Below are positions 11,781 to 21,967 of a stretch of 64,000 nucleotides of DNA, piece by piece. The translations under genes and the position numbers were made by a program. The number at the start of each line of letters is the position of its first letter. Positions within the stretch are counted from its first letter, which is position 1. The notes beneath the pieces are model-generated. The model worked only from the letters and a program-made list of their open reading frames with translations, ran no database searches and was not told the DNA's origin. Origin of the DNA: Antedon mediterranea (lineage: Eukaryota; Animalia; Echinodermata); assembly GCF_964355755.1 (NCBI RefSeq), contig NC_092670.1, positions 32,600,388-32,664,387 on the forward strand. The letters run 5' to 3'.

Positions 11781-12316
11781 CGTATCCGGACAACTACCCC
11801 TGGACAATTACCACCCGGACAATGACCCCCCTAGGACAACTACCACCCGGACAATTGCCCTCTAGGACAACTACCCTCTAGGACAACTACCCCCTTAGGA
11901 CAACTACCCTCTAGTCCAACTGCTATTCCCCTAGGAAACACCACCCTCTGAACAACCACACCTATATCATTACCTACACCTTGGGTTATAATTACGATCT
12001 TGTAAAACTTACTGAACTTTAACACATAGGGAGAGTGATTGCTTATATGAAAGCTTTTGATTTTTTTAATATGCGTCAACAGTTATTTTACATTAAACGA
12101 GAATTGATCAAATTATTAAAACGTATTCTTGAAAAATAAAAGGGTGGCTTATTTTATTCAAAAAGTCTTTCATCAATCTCTCTCCCTATGTTTTGTAGTT
12201 CAGTAAGTTTTACAAGATCGTAATTATAATCTTAAGGTGAAGATGTGGTTGTTCAGAGAGTGTTGTTGTTCTAGAGGGGTAGTTGTCCTAGGGGCATAGC
12301 AGTTGGACTAGAGGGA
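11781..12316. mobile_element. Foldback/TIR element with GGACAACTACCC subrepeats
   Basis: Left arm ~11880-12035 is the reverse complement of ~12180-12315; tandem ~19-bp subterminal repeats on the left. Confidence 0.7.
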
Positions 12317-12898
12317 ATTTGTAAGATAGTGGGACTGGAGCAGCCCCTTATTATCGATAAAATTTGCCCGATTTTGTTCTCTTTTTTTCTTTTTCAAAAA
12401 TGTTTTACCGTAAGAGCTTATGTTATGCTGTTTAATGACATACGTTTACTACTACAAGTCCAGTAATAATGGAATATTGGTTTGGTTGTTACTACTTCAT
12501 AGAAGAACTTTAATTTATTTGTTTTTACAATTTTTCCACTCCTGAGAAAATAGGACAATAAACGTTTTTAGAACCTAGAGAATAATTATATCCATGATAT
12601 GTTTATGACTTATGACATTTCTACTTATTTCATTTTATTCCAATTCGTTTTCTACAGAACAGAACCTTCTAATTTGACTTTAGGTTAAAGAAACCCTACA
12701 CTATAAAACAATTGATTACATTAGATGATTAGAAAATCAATCTCTCTATCCCCTGTTTGACAGTTCATACATTCCTATTCCTATTTTGAAAACATAGCTA
12801 ACTGCGCCAATTGAGGAAATCGTTTTTCATAGTTTGTCCTAGAAGTTAAAAAAAATTAATATCGCTACAGTTATTACATGTATTATATTATTATTATT

Positions 12899-13150
12899 AA
12901 ATGTAGCATTTACAAATAACGTAAAAATCAACCACTAACATAGACAGAATGTAGCATTAACAAATAACGTAAAAATCAACCACTAACATAATATACAGAA
13001 TGTAGCATTAACAACTAACGTAAAAATCAACCACACTAACATAATTATACAGAATGTAGCATTAACAAATAACGTAAAAATCAACCACACTAACATAATT
13101 ATACAGAATGTAGCATTAACAACTAACGTAAAAATAAATCACTAACGTTA
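12899..13150. repeat. Minisatellite, ~50-bp unit x5
   Basis: AATGTAGCATTAACAAATAACGTAAAAATCAACCACTAACATA repeats. Confidence 0.9.
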
Positions 13151-13159
13151 TACAGATAT

Positions 13160-13821
13160 CTACGGTGGCTGATTTCCGCCAAAGAAAACAATTATTTTAT
13201 AATAATACGGCGTTATAACGCCGTATTTACAACCTAAATATACAATCTGTTCACACATGCAGGCGTAGTACATCAACAAACCTCTCGGCGCATTCACAGA
13301 TTTTGGAAAGTCACGTGGTACATTACTGGCCATCTTTGTGTCCAACTATGCTTATGTAGTGTATGGAGTTGAGTCATTTGCTTAAAAAATGTGTAACATT
13401 CACAAGGTTTTAAATATCTAATTTAATATCAAAACAATCAATTTACTTCGAAGATAATTTTAAACAACAAAATGTAAAAACAATGCATTACTATTAGAGA
13501 ATCGCTGTACAAAATAAACGCGCACGCGTAGAGCGTGCATATGGAGCCGTTAAATTAAATGGATTAAAGCTATTTTTTTGTTTAAAATCATCAAAATAAT
13601 ATTATGTTAACAAAAACAAATTGATTCAATCCATTCAAAGTTGCAACTCTTTATGGCTCTGGTTTGTTGATGTACTACGCATGCGCATGTACGTGTGAAC
13701 GGATTGTATAATACGGTGTTATAACGCCCTAAATACGGCGTTATAACGCCCTAATTACGGCGTTATAACGCCGTATTATTATAAAATAATTTTTTTCTTT
13801 GGCGGAAATTAGCCACCGTAG
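13160..13821. mobile_element. MITE with long TIRs and ATAT TSD
   Basis: CTACGGTGGCT(G/A)ATTTCCGCCAAAGAAAA...TTTTCTTTGGCGGAAATTAGCCACCGTAG; ATAT at 13156-13159 and 13822-13825. Confidence 0.85.
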
Positions 13822-13869
13822 ATATCAGTGATTACCTCACTGACACATATTCACTGCTTAGAGGTGTAT

Positions 13870-15210
13870 TATAACATAGTGCGTAGCGTTTTTGTTTTGA
13901 CATAAATGATATGCACAGAATCACATCATGCGATGGGCGCTTTGTTACCTCATTAAATAAAAAAATCAATATTTGGCCATTTTTTTTAATTTACCACATT
14001 TCGACCCTTTTATTTGTTTACATAGTAACATGCACAGAACCACATAATGCGTTACCTCAATGCATATTAAAAAAAAATAATTGGCCGTTTTTCGTTTAAA
14101 GTTAAAATTGTTAAATTTTAATTTTTTTCGAAATATCCCTGTTCTATAGTAAAGGGAATTTAACGCAAAATGGCAAAATGTCACCCCTTTATTTGTTGTC
14201 ATAAATACATGCGCAGAGTCACATTTGCGCATGTTACCTTAATGCCTATTTATAAATAGTCGATATTTGGTCATATTTGGAAAATATCCCTGTACTATAG
14301 TACAGAGAAATTACTCAAAAATTACCAAATGTGGACCCTTATATTTTTTGACATAGTGACGTGCAGAATAACATAATGGGGTCCGTTCAATACATATTTT
14401 AAATAGTCAATATTTGGTCATTTTTTCGAAAAAAATTCATGTACAGGGAAATTAATAAAAAATTACCAAATTTTTACCCATTTATTAGTTAAAAATGTAT
14501 TGTCCTCCCTGAAAATGTTTTGTGTGTTGAATATGCCATTTTATTGTGACATAATAGTTATTCACTTTGACCAAAAATTGGATGCAAACTAAATTTATTT
14601 TTCTGAAAAATGTGTAATTTAAAGCAAAAAATTGTCAAATTGGCTCCTGCCAGCCAATGGATTTTTAGTTGAATTTAACCATTGATAATATTATTTTATA
14701 AAGTGATTATAATTATTTTTTCGGGTTTTTTTCTACGGAAGTGATTATCTTAATTAAAATTGCAAAATGGCCTGATTTTATTAATCTTCATTTTTCATGT
14801 TTTTGGGGGACAATAGGCCTACATCTTTAACATATTACATGCGCAAAATCCTATAATCTGGTCTGCGCATGTAACATCAATGCATAATTTTAAATAGTCA
14901 ATATTTGGCAATTTTTCGAAAATATCCCTGTACTATAATACAGGATATTAACGAAAAATGACATAGTGACATGCGCAGAATCACATAATGGGTTCTGCGG
15001 ATGTTGCCGTACCTCAATGCATATTTTAAATAGTCGAAAAAAATCCTACTATACAGTAGTATAGGGAAATTAACGAAAAATGACCAAATGTCGACCTTTT
15101 TACATCTTTACCATAGTGACATGCGCAAAATCACATAATGTGGTCTACGCATGTTACATAAATGCATATTTTAAATAATAATATTTGTCCATTTTTTGAA
15201 AAAATCCAGA
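13870..15210. repeat. Degenerate tandem array (~125-bp unit), interrupted by a Kolobok-like MITE
   Basis: Recurrent ACATAGTGACATGCGCAGAATCACATAATG...AATATTTGG...AATATCCCTGTACTATA. Confidence 0.75.
14489..14830. mobile_element. Kolobok-like MITE (TTAA TSD)
   Basis: TTAA-A(G)ATGTATTGTCC...GGGGACAATA...CATCT-TTAA; family members at 39543-39847, 39844-41177, 42180-42502. Confidence 0.72.
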
Positions 15211-15882
15211 TTTTCGAATATCGAGCGTTTAATTTTTTATTTCTCCTAAAAATATTGCCTTTTAAAATTCAATTAGTATGTGTAATTGGTCAGATGTGTA
15301 CTTCATACTAAGTAAATTTGAGAATACTTTCGAAAAAATTCGCAAGTAATTCTCGGGTTACTCCACTCCCTGACGCAAAGCTACTATACAGTAGTTTAAT
15401 ACAATTACAATTATTATGCGGTTATTTCGGTATTTCTACGTAAATTTATCAACTCCCCAAATTAAAACCCTACTTCTTCATTACTTTATTAATAATACAT
15501 AATATTTAGCGTAATCTCTAATGATAATAGTTTTTAAAATAATATTCATCATATAAAATTTCGATAAGGTTCGTCACAATCCACGGCAACCATAGTTTAA
15601 CGATAGACAGATATGGACCAGTAGGCCTACACCGTGGCAACAAACCTCTTCAAAAGATGCACTTAGTTCTTTAAAATGCACAGACGTGCATATTGGAAAA
15701 AATTAATTAGTAATTAATTAGAAGATGAGATGATACGGCCAAAAACGATCATTAGGACACTTTACCAGGTGAGAGGAAGCGAGAAAGACCTTACAAACAC
15801 TGGAAAGACACATTGTTTTTTGTCACAAAGTTTGATAGTATAGATTAAAGATTGAAAGTGTTTCTATACAATCGATAATTGA

Positions 15883-17064
15883 TCATGCGCACCATGTCAA
15901 AGGCTGGAATAATTTCTCCAACAATTCTCCAAAATTCTTACGAAATTGTACATTTGTCGTTGCGTATAGAACTGGGTTAACTGCTGAATTTAACCAAAGA
16001 AGATAGTTGACCAAATCCCAGAGGCGTATACTAACCAGTTCAGGCGACACATTCCGAATAATAGCTACGATGTTGTAAGGCAGCCAGCAGATGATAAAAA
16101 CCACAATCAAAATGGTGAGCGTTGTTGCCGCCTTCTTGCTCGATTTTTGTTTATTGGATCGTTTAGGCCTAACCTGACAACATGGCGATTCAGATTTCTT
16201 GACCGGTTGCACATTTAATTGTTTATCTGATCGAATATCAATATCTGAGGGTTTAGCAGATGCCTCGAGATCAAATGTCTCCAACGTCGATGATTCTTCG
16301 GAAGTGCTTAGGCCTATATTGAGGTTCTCTGGAATCCGTTTCGCCAATGTGTTTAAACGTTTGTTTTCACAAGAAGCATTTTGGGGTGTTTCAATAGAAC
16401 CAGAAAGTCTACTTCGAATGCGTATATATAGCACTAAATTAAAGCCACATACTATCAGCATCGGAATAATGAATTCTAATATCACAGCCAGTACGACGTA
16501 TGTGAGAGCTCCTAACCCATTCAATTCACATTCTTTGTCAAAGTCAACGTGTTCAGATCCTTCGAAGACGACGATGGCAACAAAGTGAAAGACGGCGGAA
16601 AAGAGAAGTGTTCCAAAAAGTTGAAATAAAACTCTACGACGCGTTTGAAAATCCCTGTAGTGAAGACCTTTACTTATTAGAAAATATCGATCGATGGATA
16701 TTAAAGAAATGATGTAAGTTGATTCTACGGTGACAGTGTAATCGAGAAAAGTCCAAAAAATACATACAACGGGTCCATATGGCCACTCATCTCTCAATCT
16801 CCACATGTTGTCCAAAGGCAAGCTCACCATTCCAGTTATAAAATCCATTACTGCCAGCCCCAGCAAAAAGTAATTTGAAGGCTTTTCTCTCAGTTTTCGA
16901 TCTCTTATAAAAGACAAAATGACAAGAGTGTTGCCCGTGATTGTGAAAGCAGATGCCAGCCACAACCCAACAAAGGCTATCCAATCTTCAACAGAGAGAA
17001 CATAGACAGATGTATTATCAGTGTCGTTAAGAAAGTAGTCTGATTGCTCAAAATGTAAATCCAT
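15883..17064 (-). CDS. Class A aminergic GPCR, histamine H3/H4-receptor-like (intronless ORF, 393 aa)
   Basis: Seven hydrophobic segments; GN in TM1, NYFLLGLAVMD in TM2, TM3 Asp (FLDY) and DRY, TM5 LEFIIP, TM6 CWLPY, TM7 LLWLNSAVNPVLY; N-terminal glycosylation sequons NDT/NTS; strong Kozak gcggccATGG. Confidence 0.93.
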   Translation of the reverse strand: MDLHFEQSDYFLNDTDNTSVYVLSVEDWIAFVGLWLASAFTITGNTLVILSFIRDRKLREKPSNYFLLGLAVMDFITGMVSLPLDNMWRLRDEWPYGPVVCIFWTFLDYTVTVESTYIISLISIDRYFLISKGLHYRDFQTRRRVLFQLFGTLLFSAVFHFVAIVVFEGSEHVDFDKECELNGLGALTYVVLAVILEFIIPMLIVCGFNLVLYIRIRSRLSGSIETPQNASCENKRLNTLAKRIPENLNIGLSTSEESSTLETFDLEASAKPSDIDIRSDKQLNVQPVKKSESPCCQVRPKRSNKQKSSKKAATTLTILIVVFIICWLPYNIVAIIRNVSPELVSIRLWDLVNYLLWLNSAVNPVLYATTNVQFRKNFGELLEKLFQPLTWCA

Positions 17065-17573
17065 GGCCGCTTCGATTAACCTCTATTTGATGTAGACCTC
17101 AGCTACGGACTACGGTATTATAACAATATTCTAGTTTTTAGAGCAGGTTAAATCGTACTGAAGAGACAGATTTTCCAGTTTATGATGAGAGCATTTTGAT
17201 TCACAGAATTATGTATTTATCCACTAGGAAGGTAACCGCAAATTGCGGAAATAATCGCAGTTTAAGGAAGTCCGTATGTCGATGATCGAATTTCTTTAGA
17301 GCATTGTGAAAGGGAAAGAAGAATGTCGATGCGACCTTGTATGACGCGGTGCATGAACCTGGTATGATTCAATTTCAACAAATTGTCTAAAGAACAATAA
17401 ACGGCCTTTGATGCTCGACTTAATAATACAGTACCTAAATAAAAATACATACCTTAAAAGTGCATTTGTTTGGGGTATTTTAATAAGAGGCGGGTGGTAT
17501 ATCCTATAGCATTCTTTTCTAAGTTTAGTTATAAACATTATCCATAGGAGAAACTAAACAATAATATAATAAT

Positions 17574-19682
17574 AACTAGATTTGAACTCGTCACTACGGA
17601 CGAGTTAGGTTATCCGCAGCGCAAACGCCACGTGCACGTCATACGTTAGAATATTGCGCGCAGAAAAACGATTATGCCATTGAAAAAATGTTAGTGCGCT
17701 CTCTATTTTGTGTCACGTCAAAGTATATACGGTATACACTGTATTCTGTATACGTACTACAGTACATACAGTGCAGAATAGGTGAAAATAAGGGACCCAA
17801 GTTATTGACGCTTTTGGACATGATGACGTCATCACAATTTAAAAAATGGTAGATTATGCGAAAGATAATTGATTGGCTTAGATAATATAACAAAATGGGA
17901 GGAAATGGAATACGGATAAATGGAGATGCGCTCTATTAAATGTGATGAGCTATGACGAAAGAGAAACAAATCCTATATTTCATATTCGAGTGGCCATACG
18001 ATGAAGTCACAATGTCCGGTTAGCCACATTGGTGCATGATTCAATATCTACAACTCATCTACTTCCAGAATCTGTAATTTCAAAAAATTCACAAAATCGT
18101 GCGTAACTTACGCTGCGCGACTCGAAATTTGAAAAAAAAAGTTTACAGATACAGATACAGATACAGATAACTTTTATTGTCCAAATAAACTGGAAATTGC
18201 ATTTGCTCACTTATCACATAAAAATATCGTATAAAAATATCGTATAAAAATAAAGTATAAAATGCAGAATAACAATAAGTTTCTTGCACATCTACAGCTA
18301 CAGGGCAATCTTTTGACAAAGTTATACAATCATTTGTTAGCCAGAATTAGAGATACGCTGCGAACAAAATCCGTGGAAAGAAAGAAGAATATAGAAAAAA
18401 AAAAGAAAACTAGACTTGAACTCGTCACTACGGACGAGTTAGGTTATCCGCAGCGCAAAGGCCACGTGCACGTCATACGTTAGAATATTGCGCGCAGACA
18501 AACGATTAAGGCATTGAAACAATTTCAGTGTGCTCTCTATTTTTCGTCACGTCTAAGTATATACGGTATAACACTATATATTGTATACCTAATACATACA
18601 GTGCAGAATAGGTGAAAATAAGTGACCAAAGTTATTGACGCTTTTGAACATGATGACGTCATCACAATTTTTCAAATGGTGAATCGTGCGAAAGATAATT
18701 GATTGACCTAGACAACATAACAAAATGGGGGGAAATGGAATACGGATAAGTGGAGATGCGCTCTATTAAATGTGATGAGCTATGCGAAAGAGACAAAAAT
18801 CCTATATTTTATATTCCAGTGGCCATACGATGACGTCACAATGTCCGGTTAGCCATATGGATGCATGATTTGATATCTGCAACTCATCTACATTCAGAAT
18901 ATGTAATTTTAGAAAAGTTCACCACGTAGTTTAGAATCTATGACTGTTTAAAAAAAGGCATAATTTTGACAAATTTTTGAACTTGTTCATCAAAAATGCG
19001 CGTAAATTGTTTAATTCTACGTGCTCGTATGACGTGATTTTAAGTTGAAATTGTTTGAAAGTTGGTAAATTTGCTAAAAAAGACAGGAAAAACAAAAATC
19101 AAGCAAAAAAATGATGTTTTTGCGCTACGTGCGCACGCGCGCGTAAAAAAATTGCGCACGAGTGGGAATTTTTCAAATGCTCAAAATGACATGAAACGCG
19201 TAGAAAGTTGATTAGAAATTAATTTTTCGCATTTTGAAATTTTAAACGCGCGTGCACGCGTAACTTTTTGTAAAACATGCCATTTTTAATCCATAGAAAG
19301 TTTGCGCTTGATATGACTTAAATTTTCACAAAGTTTCAATACAAAATGACTTTTGGTTTTTAATCTATGATCAATCATTGAAATTCATAAAATCGCGCGT
19401 AACTTACGCTGCGCGACTCTAAAGTTAAAAAACGAAACGTCCTGCACATCTACATCTAGAGGTCAATCTTATGACAAAGTTACACAATCTTATATTGGCC
19501 AGAATTAGAGATACGCTGCGAACAAAATTCCGGGAAAGAAAGAAGAATAAGATAGAAAAAAAAAAAAAAGAAAAAAAAAAAAGATCCTGACAATAACAAG
19601 AGGTTATCCGCCAAGTGCGGATAACCAAAAAAAGATCCTGACAATAACAAGGGGTTATCCGCCAAGTGCGGATAACCAATAA
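17574..19682 (-). mobile_element. Two nested Helentron/Helitron2-type non-autonomous elements (HINE/DINE-1-like)
   Basis: On - strand: 5' hairpin GGTTATCCGCACTTGGCGGATAACC; 3' subterminal GCGGATAACC + hairpin AACTCGTC-CGTAGT-GACGAGTT + CTAGTT; 3' ends at 17574 and 18408, two stacked 5' ends at ~19628 and ~19682. Confidence 0.78.
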
Positions 19683-21159
19683 TAATACTAATATACGTGG
19701 TGTACCGCAAACTTTATAACATCATTATCCTCCAACACAAAGAATTGAATTGTCTTGATAAAAGTATAGGAAATTATAATAAATTACCGCCACTCTGGAT
19801 TTAGGGAGCTGGCGTCGGAAACAGGGTAAACATCGGCCCTTATGATTCTCAAAATGATCTTTCACATGAGAAATGTATTAAGCAGATCGTGTCACTTACG
19901 CGCATTAATAGAAATTGTTACCAGGTGGCGCTTCAATTTCCTAGATTGCAGGATGTTCCGGTTCATTGATGGTTGAAGCCAGCTCCGGGTGATACATACT
20001 CCGTATCTATATATAAATTATTAACATACCTTATGCAACTGAATCATGCTACTGGGACCACAGAACCGGAAAGTCCTTTAACGTTTTCGTAATTAATGTT
20101 GAGACAATATTATATTTTTCATTTTCTTTATTGTAATTTCAACACAAGTCAACTTTAAAAATCGTCAAGATAATTGTGAAATGCAGAGGAAAAAATATAG
20201 TATCATAATTCTCAGAAACATTGCATATTCATTATCTTTGTTTTACCATTGTAAAAATGATGAATTAATAACTAATAAATATATGCATTTAATTTTACAT
20301 TGGCTAGGTTTAGAGACATTATATAAGCCTACCATGCCTAATTACAATAAAAATATGATGAGTTGAAATGTACATAGATAATATACGGACAATAAACTAA
20401 AATTAATCTTTACATTAGGCCTATACTATGTGTCAAAACACTTACTAATATTTTATCTTTATTACTAATAATTTTGGTCCAACAAAAACCAATTTTGATT
20501 TGTAAATATAAATAGGCCTACATTCTACACATTTTAGCTTTTTGAAAAATATTCTTGTGAAACCCATTTAAAAATAGTGCCACGTTGAACAACAAATACA
20601 TTAATATATATTATCCTGTTAAATTAATCAATCAAGTAATCTAAGCAGTGATTTTGTTTAGTACAGTAGCTCTCTAAATCTATTTTTTTATGATTAAGCA
20701 ACAATCATTTTTAAATACATCGTTACATGGCTCAGGTTATTTCAAACACAACCAGAGTGTACTGCAATTGTTACAACATGGACCTACTGTATAAAGAGTC
20801 CATGGTTACACACAGCACACTTCCTTTAAATGTGTTAAATTTCAAACACATTTATAAAATTAAATGTTTGCTACATTTTTTAAATGTTTATATTTCATTC
20901 TAATTTTTAAATCACGGACAATATATATAAAGTATCATTTTCATTTTTTACCTTATAATTATAAGTATGTATAATTATACATAAGCAATTTAAATGTCCA
21001 CTAGTATTCATAGCATAAATTAAAATTAAGCATAATAATTCAGTTTACATTTTGCTACTTGTTACCAGATTTACAACGTTTAGGTCAAGTATTTTTTCTT
21101 TAAATTTCTATATTCTTACATCACCAATGGAACCTAGTCTTAAGTAGTAGAATGTGGGC

Positions 21160-21782
21160 AGCATAAATGTGGTATGTTGGTAGATTACATGTTATGAATA
21201 TGGCATGTAAGCAGTACATGTGGTATGACATGATATAAGTAGCCATTATTTACCATGACTGTGTGTAATGTAAAGTACCACATATATATGGTGTGTAAAA
21301 GTAGCACTTATATACTACAGTGGCATGTAAATAGCACTTATACAAATATGGCACATATACTACTAATGTGAGATGTAAGTAGCACTTATGGTAGCATGTA
21401 AATAGCACTTACATACTATAAATGTAGCATGTAAATAGCACTTACATACTATAAATGTGGCACAAAATAGCACTTATATACCACAAATGTGACATGTAAG
21501 TAACACTTATATTAGCATGTAAATAGCACTTACATACTATAAATGTGGCATGTAAATAGCACTTATATACTACAAATGTGGCACAAAATAGCACTTATAT
21601 ACCACAAATGTGACATGTAAGTAACACTTATATTAGCATGTAAATAGCACTTACATACTCCAAATGTGGCATGTAAGTAGCACTTTTATACTACAAATAT
21701 AGTATGTTAGTAGCATGAAAGTGGCATGTACGTATCATGAAAGTGGCATGTAAGTATCATTTACGTGGCATGAATATGGCAC
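21160..21782. repeat. Minisatellite, ~33-bp unit, in putative CMAH 3'UTR
   Basis: GTGGCATGTAAATAGCACTTACATACTATAAAT variants. Confidence 0.9.
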
Positions 21783-21830
21783 GCAAGAACTGTAGTTACC
21801 ATTTCCAATTATATTAGTTTCAAAATCTGT

Positions 21831-21967
21831 TTACGCTTTTACATAAGCAAATAACAAGGCTCCTCCAAGAATAACTGCTGGGACACCAAACTTCCAGTAA
21901 TTATGAAGATTTCCATTTGATTGCGATACACCACTGTATGGTATGTGACCTTTCTTCGTACTACAAC
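21831..21967 (-). CDS. CMAH: CMAH last exon (C-terminal membrane anchor)
   Basis: atttaag acceptor in the correct phase; CSTKKGHIPYSGVSQSNGNLHNYWKFGVPAVILGGALLFAYVKA*. Confidence 0.82.

Noticed and set aside
16199-16588. 129-aa + strand ORF
   Set aside because: Antisense shadow of the GPCR coding sequence.
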